From positions 57,772 to 121,771 of the forward strand of contig NW_003314303.1 in NCBI RefSeq assembly GCF_000143415.4: 64,000 nt of DNA, in the 5' to 3' direction. The DNA comes from Selaginella moellendorffii (Eukaryota; Plantae; Lycopodiophyta). Below the pieces are notes generated by a model. It worked only from the letters and a program-made list of their open reading frames with translations. It searched no databases and was not told where the DNA came from. Positions 14,308-27,400 of the stretch are shown here, one piece after another (position 1 is the first letter of the stretch; the number at the start of each line of letters is the position of its first letter). Both the position numbers and the translations under genes were made by a program.

Positions 14308-15609
14308 CAATATAATACTGGACCTTAGCCATATCCTAGGATGCCATACCCTTTACCATTGTCACTTGGTTGTTGCATCACCCAATCTATAGTTGCCCAT
14401 ACTTGAAGTCAAATACACAAGGCATTGCATCTAACCATGGCCATCCTAAGATGTTGATGAACGCACCTAGATCAAGAACCACTGTGGCATTAACACTAAG
14501 AATTGAAGTCAGGGTTGAAGAAGGTTCCACTCCATAAAGAGCACATACTAGGATCTCAAGTTGCTAAAGCAATGTTAGGAATTGTTGACAAAGAGCACAG
14601 AGTGTTGTTGTGATTAAAGTTGCTATGACCTAGTTAATAAGATTGCTTGAGTGACCACTTGACATTGAAAGAGACCCTCCAAGCTGTATGCTGGTGAAGT
14701 CTGTCATACATGTAGAAAATAGAGCTCAAAATATCAGTAAGGATGCTAGTGTTGTTGCAAATGCCTATAGGAAGGGCAACTGGCAAGCAATGAGAACTAA
14801 AAGGGAAATGACTAATGAAGTTGGTGTTAGTGTAGTGTCCAACTCCTCTACTGTTGTCTATGCCTTCCTCTAAGCTTAGGTAGCCACCTTTGCTATAAAC
14901 TCCTCTACCACATAAATTGTATTCACTAGGAATTTACTGCGATCATTTGTTGGTGGTGCTTTAATGGCATGCTGATGGAGTGTTTCATGGTACTCCATGG
15001 AGGCATCTAGGGCTATGTTGTCCGTGAATGGTTGGAGCTAAACTCTCTGCTCACGTGGCATCTATCTTTATGGACATAGCTTCAAATATAGCTGTCAACA
15101 ACGAGTTGTGCTATGTGATTGGACCTTGCACTCCTCACATAAATGGGGTTGTTATTGAGGGTGGAATAAGTTTAGAAGTAACCCCAAGCAAAAATAAACT
15201 GCTTGTGAGGGTAAAATACTTGCAACATGCTTTAGGACACACAAGAAAATGCCTAGAAATGCCTCAACACTTGCTCTACTCAAGAAGTTGTGGAAGTGAC
15301 TTCCTCTTGACTAAATATCACTCAAAAAAATAAGAAATGAACAAAAATGCAAAGAGTACTCACTTATAAACACTCTTTTGATCTTTGAGACAAAGTTTAT
15401 AACAAAAAACTTATGGAAAAATCAAACAAAAATAAGATCCTTCCTTACAACCCAAACAAGAAAGCACCTTGGCACAAAATATTCTTAAACTTGCAACCTA
15501 GATCATGAAAATTGATGAGAATAGATGTAAATGAAGTCCAAGACCATGCAGAAACTTTTTCTAAAAGTAACTTTATAAAAAACTCAAAAACATTCACTTA
15601 ATTTTCTCA

Positions 15610-16070
15610 ATCGTAGTGCCTTAGTGCCTTGCTTAGCACTCTAGTGCAATCTTGACTCGGTGCCTCCTCTTAGTGCCTTTGCCAACACCTTAGGCAACTC
15701 TCTCACACTAGTGCCTCACTCAGCGCTCCAAGCCCTCGCACCTCTACCCTACAGGGTGCCCAATGCTCACGTCTGCTTGGTGCCTCATGCCAACCCTCTC
15801 TCAGCACCTTAGAGCCATACTCAGCGCCCTAGCACCTTGCTCATTGCCTCTGATCGCAGTCTCTGCTTGCCCAGCCCTCTCTTAGTGCGCCTCTCTGCTC
15901 GTGCCTCACACCACTCTCTTAGCACCTTAGGGCCGCTCTCTCACGCCCTAGCACATCACTTAGCACTCTAGTACCACTCAGTGCCTCAAACCAGCCCTCT
16001 CTCAGCACCTCTGCCAGCACCTTTGGGCTGGTCTCTGCTCGATTGCGCCCTAGCACCTTAGTGCCATTAT
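15610..16070. repeat. Degenerate short tandem repeat tract
   Basis: Recurrent CTYAGYRCC-type units (cttagtgcc, ctcagcgcc, ctagcacc). Probably the UTR of a decayed LTR element. Confidence 0.55.
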
Positions 16071-19000
16071 CTTTAAATACTTACTTCAAGATAAAAACAT
16101 TAAACATCTCAAAGCATAAAACTCCTAAAATAACACTCTTGGGCTTGGGAGAAAGCTTTCCATCTTCTCTATAGCTCTATGTAGAAAAATATTGAAAATT
16201 TTCTCCCAAGAAAGAGCAAGAAGTTTAGAAACTTTTCCCCACACTCAAAATAAACAAGAAAAACTGCTCCAAATCACTTCAAATTGATTCAAATCTCATA
16301 TGCAAACCCTTCAAAGAAAGCTTGTGAATAAATCTATCAAAAGAGCCTAAAAACAATTGAAATGGTGGTGTATCTTGCTCGTGCTAAACTTCCATGTGCG
16401 CCATGAGGAAATAGAAGTTGCTAAACCTTAATCCTGATATGCACAATTCCTTCCACTACCTTTTTTCACCATCCACCCCTTTCTCTCATCCAAATTTTGG
16501 ACACACATCTCCCTCAACTTTCCATTGTAAGCTTGGGCGACTTAAGGAACTTTCCAGAAGCTCAAGAACCTATGAGGCTGTGATCCAGATGAATGCTTCT
16601 TCTTTTAGCTTTAGATTCCATCTCTTCTCTATGTTTCTCTTTCCACTTATCACTTTTTCATAACTTTTACCTCATTTCTTTGGTTTTCTCTCTTTTTTCT
16701 TTCTGGACTTAGATTCAGTTTACACTCATAGTTTCCCCCATGTTGTTTTCCATGTGACTCCAAACTCTATCCATTTTCTTTGTTTTTTTTTTTTTTTGGT
16801 TTATCTAGTTTCTATAGTTCCTTGACAGGGGCATCACATTAGACTTCTGAAGGTTGAGAGGTTCTTTTTGTGTGACAAGCATGCTTGATCCACTATGGTT
16901 GCATGTTGGGATGTGAGCCACATTTATGAGCCATTAGCCATATGAGAGAGAGTGAGAGATCTAGAGAATATTTTGATTCCTGGGCATATTGTATAAAACC
17001 CCCGTGATAGCAGGTCACCTAGGGGGAGGGGGGCGGGGCAAAAGAGATGGAGTTTTGGAGATGTGTCTAGAGTATGAGTGAAGTACTAACTGTCTAAGCA
17101 TAATTGGGGATCCCCCACTCCCCAACAATGTGGTTAATTCACTAAAGTAGCATGGGAGATTTAGTCACTTATAATTTCAATCCTTACTGCCACAACAGTA
17201 ATAAATTGGTATTGTTAGTTTCCTTTGTCAATCCCTTTTGTTCAAATGTAGTAAATTGAGTTTAGGATAGTGGTAGAAGCATAATCAACTTTGAGACATT
17301 AGTTTTTTTCTGTCTAACTTGGGTTTAAACCTAAGCTTTATGTTATGTTATTGTGTTATGCCATTGGTATATTAAAATTGTGCCAAACTTTATCTAATAT
17401 TATTTGCATGAAAAGGCTGAATATATAGAGATAGTATTTATAGGGGAATTGAGTGTGTACTATTCCCTCATTTCGTAGCACAATAGGTTTGGAATTCAAT
17501 TCCAACTTCAAGTTATATTAAAAGAAGAATAAAAATAATAAATGTTTTCAAACTCACTAGAAAATGATTATATTCTCAAATTATTTAGCTATATAGTGGT
17601 CTTGTATAACCCAATATCTAAGCCATTACTAAGCTAGATGGAATTTAGCCATTTGATAAAATTTCCACAAAAATTATCTATCTGTCATATAATTACTTAG
17701 ATAAAAATATTAGAGTCTTCAAACTATCATAATGCTTAAGTTGGTGGTAAACCTTTCTTCTCCTTAAAATGATTCACTATGCTTCAAATTTAATGGAAAA
17801 TATTTATTTGATTACTCTTGTGAAGTCATCAAACTCCGAGCTTTACAATGTATGTGTAGATTCTAAGTAGCAATTAGAATTTTTTCTATTTTTAAAATAA
17901 AAATGTTGATTAGTATTATTTTTAAAACTTAAATCTAAATATAAGACCAAACATATTTGCTGTGAAGTAATATAATATAATTGTTTTTCTTGAACTTATT
18001 TTTCTTTTTGTTTCTAAGACATTGCTGCTATCATGCTTAGAGAAGAAGATCTATAAAATCCCTATATTCTAGCCAAGTTATTGGTAAGTAGTAGTTTAGC
18101 TTAAAACTTCTTACTATCTTTTTCTCTTTTGCACACATGGTCACTAAGATAGACATTTTAACAATACTAGAGGGAAAATATGAATAATATTATGGAAGTA
18201 ACTACAAATTTCATGAACAAAACTAGCATTTTAGCTGTGCATTGTGGCTAGAATATTGATCAATCAAGCACAAACTTTCTTTGTTACCATCATTATCTTT
18301 GGGAGTTCTAATTAATCTACATCATAAACATGAATTCAGCTCTTTTGCAGTAGTTTCAGAATTATTAGTTGAGCAGTATTGGCCATAACACTCAACTTAT
18401 CACTTGTCCATAGCTTGTAGCCATCTCTTGATCCACATGTATTACTGGCTTAATAGGATTATCTATCTTGATTATAGCCTATTTGATCCCAAGTGACTTT
18501 GGAAGCAAAAGAATGCTTATAAGATTTAGAATTGATCCATTCTAAATTTATAAAGGCATGTAATGTATGTGCATTTATTGTTCCTTAAAAAAGTTGTCTC
18601 TAAATGTTATGAACTAGCCCAAAAAGTGAGGATGTGATACAGATGAGCATTTGACTTAGCAAACTACCTAATGTAGTTGTAGTAAACAACTATGGTTAGG
18701 ATGGTGTGGAGCGATGGTAAGCACCAAGTATGAAGCTCCATCGCCATAGTAAGCACGGGAGCACTTATTAGTGATGCTTAATCGTGATAGAGCTTACTAC
18801 GCTTTGCTACCGCCGCCACCCGAGTACTGCTACGCACCACCAGCATACCCTTCTCCAGCACTACAATGTGTTTTCAAGTATTATTGAAATTGGAGACAGA
18901 TTGCCCAAAATATCCATATATTCTTGATGAGAATAATAGGTGGAAAAGTTACAGCAAAATATTGGGAACACATGTTAAACTTCACTACTTGTGTGAATGG

Positions 19001-19736
19001 CCTCAAGGAACTTTTAAAGGTCATCAAGTGAAAAGTTCTGTAGGTGTTGAATTGGATCTCCCACCAAACTGGCTCAAGAAAGTTACTCCAGTACTTAAAC
19101 ATACATTGATCCTATTATTTATTGGGGCTAAAGTTGGAGCACTTACAACAAAGAAATTAGTTACCTTATAAAAGATATTGTTTGTTTCATTGTTTGTTTC
19201 ACCTTATAAAAGACATTTTTTAGAACTTTTGTAGGTCTTTTTTTACAAAGTTTATCAAGGTAACTAAATAAAATCTTTGTTTATAGTTTTGCTGAATGGA
19301 GTGCATACACTTTCTTCCATGGGAGCAACTGAGTGCCACCAGTAGACATGGCTTCCATTCTTGTTAGACTCAATAGACCTAAGGTGGTAACAATAGCTAT
19401 AATTTGGTTGACATCCCACAAAATGCAATGACGTTACTGATGTTCACTTGAATGGATAAAAGAAGAGTTTTTGAGATTCAAGATTTAACTAATCTAGCAA
19501 TAGTGATTGCATTTGATATTGCAAAATTATTCTGTTGTTTCTTTCTAAAAAAAAAAACATTAACTTTAAAATCTGGCTAACTTCCTTCTAACCTACCACA
19601 TCACTTTGCAATATGAATAAAACCAAACTTCCACTCACTCTGAAAAACAAGAAATACTTCCAAAATATGATAAGATAACAACTAATGTTTATAATAGTTA
19701 AAATCTAATTATAAATAAAAGTACATTATCTTTACA

Positions 19737-20606
19737 TCAAACTTTTGTACATGAAGGATGGTTAGATGTGTTTAATGCCCATAAAATGTTATTTGGAAAT
19801 TTAGTCAAATAAATTACTAAGTTACAATCATTTTGAATTGTAAAAAGTATAGATAATATACATAATGGTTTATGTGAACAATATTTATTACTAGCCCATA
19901 TTATTACTTTCTGAGAATAAAAAACAAGATTTCCATCATTTTGTAACATAAGTTTACAATCCGTAGCATCATTTATAGATGGCTTAACTTCCCAAATCTT
20001 TTTGAGCGATGAATATAGAACTATATGACAGTTTGATTCTATTAGTAAAACATTCTTTTTATTAGGAGAAGTTAAAAATTGACCTTCATAAAGTACTGAG
20101 GGATTTATAAGTGTACTTGATAATAAATGACAATAATGAATATCATCAATCTTATTCAACTGGTTTATTGAAAACCATTCTTCCCACTCTTGTATTAATT
20201 TATATTCAATAAAATAATTGAAGCTTTCATTTTGAAAATAATCTGAATTTTTTTCTAATATGTCATTACGATTTTGATTTATAAGATTCTGAAATCCTGC
20301 AATTAAAGCTCTCCCAAAAATATTATCTGAAGTACTTTCTATAGAGCATTGATTCTTTCTCTTAAGCTCAAGACTAAGTAGTCCTTTTGATACTTCAATA
20401 ATCTCTCCATCCCCATAATTAGCTGAATATGGATCATTTTTATTTATTTTGCTAATTAAATTAGAAAATGCTCCTAGTATTTTTGCTATATCATATGGTT
20501 TTAAAAAACTAAGCCTTCCAAATTTAGGCCTATACAATGGGGCTATTGATCTTGTTACAAATATACAAAATAAGAAAATACATAGTTTTAATTTAATTAA
20601 ATACAT
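19737..20606 (-). CDS. Secreted protein with C-terminal bulb-type (GNA/B-lectin) mannose-binding domain and unassigned N-terminal region, 289 aa, single exon
   Basis: Hydrophobic N-terminus (LCIFLFCIFVTRSIA). QxDxNxVxY motifs QNDGNLVFY and QNDCNLVIY, plus a degenerate ESNCHIVLY. Typical LYEGQFL, IWASN and LWALNT segments. Confidence 0.85.
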   Translation of the reverse strand: MYLIKLKLCIFLFCIFVTRSIAPLYRPKFGRLSFLKPYDIAKILGAFSNLISKINKNDPYSANYGDGEIIEVSKGLLSLELKRKNQCSIESTSDNIFGRALIAGFQNLINQNRNDILEKNSDYFQNESFNYFIEYKLIQEWEEWFSINQLNKIDDIHYCHLLSSTLINPSVLYEGQFLTSPNKKNVLLIESNCHIVLYSSLKKIWEVKPSINDATDCKLMLQNDGNLVFYSQKVIIWASNKYCSHKPLCILSILFTIQNDCNLVIYLTKFPNNILWALNTSNHPSCTKV

Positions 20607-22199
20607 TATTTATTTATAATTATCAATTTAAAGATGCTAATGAACAACTGTCCTACCTTTACTATATCTTTAGTAGTTGAATACACTTATATTAGTATTA
20701 AATATGAACTATAAAATAGGTAATAACATGTAATTGAACCATTATATTCATCATTTTCATACAAGGATTTCCATATATTTTTATTTATATAAGTAACATT
20801 TAAAAAAGAAATTTGAATAACTATACCACAAGAAAATAAAATGATACTAAAACATATTAAACTTTTCTTTAAATAGATAACTTTAATTATTATAAAAATA
20901 AAAAATTTCTATAAATGTTTTAAAAATACTATTATATTAAAATTTTAATTAATTTCTTTTAAATTATATCATATTTAAAATTAAAAACCTCAAGGAATAA
21001 TTTTTATTTTATATATTATATTGTTAACAATAGGAGGAATCATTGTCACTTAAAGGATATTTTTACAGTTTTATAGTATTTATATTATTATTAATTAAAG
21101 TATTTGAGGAAGCCTTTTTCTATCTGTACTCATGTTATCACCCTACTTGTAAAATAATATAAACAAACAAAGACACAAAAGTAAAAGGAGAGAAGAAGAA
21201 GAGAAATGAGAAGATTGAGAATAGAATAAAACTCAACCTCAAGCCCCAAAGGTATGAGTAAAGATAAGTATATATCACTTTCTCAACTCTACTTTGCACA
21301 AACAATTATAAGTGGGAGAATAGATGGTTAATTCAATGTAAATATATACAACAGTGAATGGGGGTTTTTTTTTAGTATATTTAAATATTATTTATATATT
21401 ACATGATTTTATAACTAATCCTAACTATTTCTCATCTAGGTCGTGTTTTTCTTCTTTGGATGCCTAACATTAAAGTTTCTTCTTTTGTTCTACTTGGGAA
21501 GATATATAAGATAAAACATTTACATTTTTATCATTCCCCCATGACAAAGCTACTGTCTATCCTCAGACAGTCAGATTCTCCAAATCCTACTCTAGGTTGT
21601 TGAGCTTGGTTTTCATAGTGATAAACTCAACACTTTGGTGTAGATCATCAAGTTCTTAATGCATGATCTGATTCTCTTGGTCGATGCACTAGTCCTGGTA
21701 GGTAATACACTTTACATCAGTGGAAGTTAGGATTGTGCTTTTGAGCTCTTGGATTATATGGCACTAATGATTCTACTCACTTATGACTCCATTCACTTTC
21801 TTGGTGATTGTCTTGAGGTAGCTCAAGACTTACATGTGGTACTTTGTAATTTCCTCGTCTTTTACTGGTTGCATTGGCTCCTCAATTGGCTACTTGCCTC
21901 CCTTGATGTGTTGAGGGAGCTCCTCCATGAAACTTCGGATTGCTGGCTCACTAGGTTGACTTGCAGACTTGTGCATGAAGGCGTGCCTAGCTTTGACCTT
22001 ATAGTGCTCCTACAACGTCTATTACTGCTATGGCTGCTTCATCTTGCTAGACTTGTCAACCGAGGGTGTGTCATTGTCAAATGCATAGATGGATGATGCA
22101 GATGTCAGATGCATTGTCATCGCATTGTCAAATGCATAGGTGATTCTCCTGTAGTGATATGGATTAGGTAATTAGTCTGTTCATAAAATTTTTTAGGTC

Positions 22200-22940
22200 T
22201 ATATACTATTTCAAGATTATATTCTTGGTAAAAACCATTTAGTTACTTAAGCAGATATGCACTGTATGGTATAAATTACACTTAAGGCTTCTTTTTCAGT
22301 CATTGTGGAGTTATACTCAATAGGATTTAAGCATTTGTTGGCATAATAAATAGAATGATCTTTTTGATCCCCTTATGTATGGGATAATATTGCACTTGTG
22401 GCAACCAAAAATATCCATCTGTAGGTGAAATTCTTTTGTTTAGTCAAGCTTAACAAGTATAGGTGCCTCTTTAAGGCATTGTTTAAGCATTAAAAATGCT
22501 TCTTGACAACTTTCATTCCATATAAATGGAGTATTTTTTTTAAAAGATCATTAAGTGGCTTGGCAATCTTTGCATAAGCTTTTATAAATCCTTTATGATA
22601 ACTAATTTTGCCTAGAAAGTAATAAAGATGTTTTAAGTCATATGGTGGATATATTGTCTCAATTACTTGAGTTTTATTTTTTTTTACAAGGATGACTTCC
22701 TTGCATACAATATGACCTAATAGTATGCCAAAATTTACAAAGAAAGTACATTTTTCTGGATTAAAAGAAGTGTTATATTCTCTGCATTTTTTGAAATATT
22801 TTTGCAAGAAAATTAAATATTCCTTTTTGGAGTTAAAGACACTAAAATCATCCATGAAAACTCTCATAAAATCAATAAAATATTCTCTAAAATTGTTCAT
22901 AATAACTCTTTCAAATTTAAAAGGAGCATTATATAGACCC
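22200..22940 (-). pseudogene. Reverse transcriptase/RNase H remnant of element C
   Basis: FMRVFMDDFSVF...FNPEKCTFFVNFGILLGHIV...FIKAYAKIAKPLNDLLKK. The FMDDFSV motif is typical of Athila-like RTs. Confidence 0.9.
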
Positions 22941-23903
22941 TAGCCAAATTAATCTTTGGTTTATAGACTCACTCCCTTCATCTTGGCTTTCAGATTCAGA
23001 TGATGAAGTTAGTCACACTTATCGGTGTTATCAATATTTTCTGGATTGGTGGCCTCCATTTTTTAACCATTCTACCTTAATATGTTTAACTGCAAGTTGC
23101 ATATCCTTAGGGGACCTATCATTCTTGCTTGATGATTCAGCTTAATTGTATAGCCTATTATAGCAAGTAGGAGTTTTAGCTTGATATATTCTTTTAACCT
23201 TTCATATTATCTAGGCCTATTGTAACTTTTAATCTAATTATATTATTTAGGCCAATTATAGTCTATAGACTTATTTTCCTCATGGCTAGATAGATAATCT
23301 CAAAAATTACCCCTAGGCATTTTGCTTTTTAGCATGTAAGTATTCACGTTTAGCATTTCAATTATCATTGTAATCATTCTTTCTATGATAACTTCTATTG
23401 TCAAATAGATAGCTTTGCTTACATATTATTTTATCAATTCGGGTTGTATGTTAGCCTCTTGATTATTTAAATAAGGTTTTACACTCTTTAGTTAAATGCC
23501 CTTCTTTTTTACAAAATTGGCACTTGATCAGCTAGAGTTTGCATTCTTCCTTGCTATAGCCTTCATTTCTACATTTTTTACACTAAATCCTTTATTTGAA
23601 ATTAGTTTGTAATTTGAGGCTTCTTAAATGACTGGTTTCTTTGTCTATAGGAGTTGGTTTTTTGTCTGACTGTGAGACACAAAATCCCTAGGCCCCAAAG
23701 TGGAGCCAGAAAGGGTGCCACGTGGTAGTGGCTGAAGCGAGAGCCAAACAAGCGTAACACGTTTGGACCAAAAGCTCCGACTTGAAAAGTCAAGAGCGGG
23801 AGTGGAACTCCCAACGAAGTGCTCAAGGAACGAGCAAGAAGCGAGCAAAAAGTGAGGCTCCAAAAAGGGACCCAAAAGGACCAACACATGACACGTGGAA
23901 GTG

Positions 23904-24297
23904 TCCGAGATGGAGTCCGAGGTGGACCCGAGATGGACCCGAAATGGAGTCCAAGATGGAGTCCGAGATGGACCCGAAATGGAGTCCGAGATGGACCCGA
24001 GATGGAGTCCGAGATGGACCCGAGATGGAGTCCGAGATGGAGTCCGAGATGGAGTCTGAGGTGGACCTGAGATGGACCCGAAATGGAGTCCGAGATGGAG
24101 TCTGAGATGGAGTCCGAGGTGGACCCGAGATGGACCCGAAATGGAGTTCGAGATGGAGTCCGAGATGGACCCGAGATGGAGTCCGAGATGGACCCGAAAT
24201 GGAGTCCGAGATGGACCCGAGATGGAGTCCGAGATGGACCCGAGATGGAGTCCGAGATGGAGTCCAAGATGGAGTCCGAAGTCGAGACCGAGACCGG

Positions 24298-24347
<50 letters not shown>

Positions 24348-24440
24348 TTGGGACCGAGAACGAGACCGAGGCCGAGGCCGAGACTGAGCCCGAGCCCGAG
24401 TCCGAGTCCGAGTCCAAGTCCGAGTCCGAGTTCGAGTCTG
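23904..24440 (+). repeat. Minisatellite/microsatellite inside LTR of element D (second copy 29828-30006)
   Basis: 11/12-mers GAGATGGACCC / GAGATGGAGTCC followed by (GAGACC)n and (GAGTCC)n hexamers. Confidence 0.95.
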
Positions 24441-27400
24441 AGAGGGTGAAAGCCCAAAGCGTTCGTCTCCCAGACCCTAGGGGGTTTGGTGAGCTCCAAA
24501 AGTATAGTAAGGGGGAGGACTGTAGTGGAGCCAGTTTGGCCAGGAAAGGCCAGTTTGGCCCAGGAAGGCCGGACCCAGTGTTGGGTGATGAGCTGCCCAC
24601 TGGGAAGTCCAAGACTAGAGTGAACACAGACCGACAAGCGGGGTAGCTTGGTGAAGTGTTCAAGAGCCGGCTCTAGTTCCCCCGGGAGATCGACTGGCCG
24701 ATGCTCCCAGTCCAAGTGTGGGTGGCACTACCTACTTGGATACCTGGTGTGGCTCAACGGAACCCGCTCTAAGCCCATGGCTAGAGCACCCAAGGGCAGA
24801 AGGCGAGGAGAGTACCCAGGTGGCTCGCGTAAGGCCACGGTGTTCCGAAATGTTGTCCCAAAGGCCCAGTCTGTGGAAAGGAAGAGGAGCAGTCCTCTGG
24901 AGTAGTGACCAAGGACACAGTCGTGTGGTGAGGAAGTCCCAGAGGACCGTGGGACTTAGTGGTCGGGCCTGTGGGTCTCGATCCAGTGGCAGTGTTGGCA
25001 AACACGGCCAGGGGCAGAAAGGGACTTAGTGGGGACTGACAGAGGGATATTGGGGAAGGCTATTCCCTTTGTCGGTGGGCATCCTAAGGATGCTAAGGAG
25101 TGGATCTGAGATGACCACTCACGGATGGTTTGCCTAGTCTTGGAGAGCCAAGACGGTGATGCAAGTGGTATTGGACTACCAGTGTGGCAAAGGTGATTGG
25201 GCATGGCCTTAGCGTAACGGGCTGCTATGTCGGTGGCACCTTTGAGTGTCGGTCATGGGATCGGACACGTGGAGCACTTGGACCAAGTGCAAATGTTGAG
25301 TGGCATGGATGCCATTCTCGGGGCTAGCAAGTCCCAAGTCCTGGATTGGACTTATGGAGGTTGTGAATGAGACTCCTCCAAGTGGTCAGAGGTGTGGTTA
25401 AGTGACTAAAGTAGAATGGAAAATTTAGTCGCTTACAATTTGGTATCGGAGCTGTTCCTTAGTCTGACTTTTATTGGTGCTCAAGTATATCACCACTAGT
25501 GTTGGCATCGGAAAGTCCGAGGAGTGGGCCTATCCTTGAGGAGTAGCAAGTCGGGAAGACATGGCTCTCCATTACAGTTCATGTGTGAACTTGTAGACGA
25601 GGTGGTGGATAGAAAAGGGCCAATAATGGAACGACTTTGGGATCTTGGGAACAGTGCAAGGTTTTCCTCATTGAGTTGAGGATGTGATCCGGATGAGCAT
25701 TTGTCTCAGCAAATTGGCTAAGGTTGTTGTGGTAAACAACTAAAGTTGGGATCACGGGAAAGATAGAGACTCCAAAACAATAAAGGAGTTACAAGATTAT
25801 CCTCATATAGTTGAGGTTGGTACTCATGAATGTGAGACCAGAGGTAATGACCGTGGGAGGTCAAATACGGAAGAGGACTCAAGTCCTTGAAATGGTAGCC
25901 GGGGCTACCTTTAATAAATGCTGGAACAACCCAAGGAGTTGGGGGGTGTACTTAGAGATGAGTGGTATTCTCATCGCATGGACAAGTAGTCGTAAGGGGC
26001 AAAAGTTGCCCCCAGAGAACAAAATCAAGTGTCGGAGTAACACTTGTGAAAATAGTCCTTTTGAGTAGGACAGGAATGCCAGAAGTGTATTCCAGTGAGT
26101 TAGTGCCTCACAAGTAGGACCTTAAGGGTCTGTGGATTAACCAAGTCCAAAACTGCTGATGACTCAAGTAGAGTCAAGGGATGGTCCTAAAAGGACTGAT
26201 GGAAGCATTTGGACTGAGGTGTGTTGTACCCCACAAAGGATGGGGGGGGGATCATAGGATCTATGGATGAGAACAGAGGGTATCTCATCGATGGCAAAAT
26301 GTGCCATGCTAAAGTTATGGGAAAGGTGTTCTCAGAAGAAAAACAACTTTGACACAAAGTTGTGTGTGACCTCTATGGTGCAGTGCTAACGAATGGTTGG
26401 CATGAGAAAGAGCGGTGTTGGTCTTGGCAAAGACATAAACACGAAGGGGAAGTGTCATAGAGGTAGGCTTGTGGAGCCAATGGTGTGGAGACACCAAATG
26501 TGCCAAGGTGTGATACCTTGAGGCTATGTTGGTGGGTTCATGAGAACCCCTTGCCAAAGGAATCCCAATGGAAATGGGAATGGCATAGCCTAAGCTGCAG
26601 AGCATGCAGTTGGAGTGTGGTGACCCAGATAATGATGGAGGTGTGAAAGCACCAAACAATGAGTTGTAGGACTTGACAACTATGAGGCAACTAAGCAAGA
26701 GGTGCAAAATAACTGGTTGAACGGGTAGAAGGTAGCTACCCAAGACTTCTTAATAGCATAGGGAAGTCGGATACACCCTTACGGGGGATAAGTTGCTTGT
26801 GTTGCGATATAGTAAGTCAATATCATAAAAGGAAATACTCATTGTCAAGAAAGCCATCATTGGGACACCCGGACACTCTAGAACACCAGAAGGTGTTGTT
26901 TGATGTCGCAAGGGCAATGGATAAAGCCCAAGGGACTAAGTCCCTAGCGAATGATGGATAGAAGGTGCTATCCAAATGTCCAAGGTTGCGGAGACAGGAG
27001 AGGACTGTCTACCCGAGTTGGACAAAGCCAAGAATGGAATTTTGGCAAGGCTAGTGATGAGCATGTAAAGGCCCATAAGCAACAATGTAATCCCAGTGTG
27101 TGGGATTATAAGGTGAGCATACCCGGATTGAGGAACCACTCCTTGGGCTATTGGGTAGGTACATCCCTAAGAATACTTGCTAAGGCATGATAGAAAGTGC
27201 AAAAGCTATCCTCCTGGTCTAGAGGAGAATAACCAAAGGAAACATATGGGGCCAAAAGGCAAGTAGTATTGGGATGGAATTGAACCATAGAAATCGAAGG
27301 GCATAACCAAAGTTGGTTATGCCAGCTAGGAGTGGAGAATCAAGTGGGGGCTCGAGGGTGTTGCCGCTAGCAACCGTGATGCCATGGAGAGTCTAAAATA

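Larger units (their letters stand above)
11848..16836. mobile_element. Highly decayed LTR-retrotransposon relics
   Basis: Diverged inverted copies of an LTR-like sequence beginning TGATGCCC (11848 on +, 16836 on -). Minus-strand protease-like INILGWPWL near 14430-14460. Boundaries are approximate. Confidence 0.45.

Noticed and set aside
23904-24290. CRISPR-like appearance of repeats
   Set aside because: Contiguous 11/12-mers with no unique spacers, no cas genes, and a eukaryotic LTR context.
23602-24715. Long RD/ET/LG/SV-repeat ORFs on both strands
   Set aside because: They are stop-free readings of the LTR satellite, open in several frames and duplicated in the other LTR.
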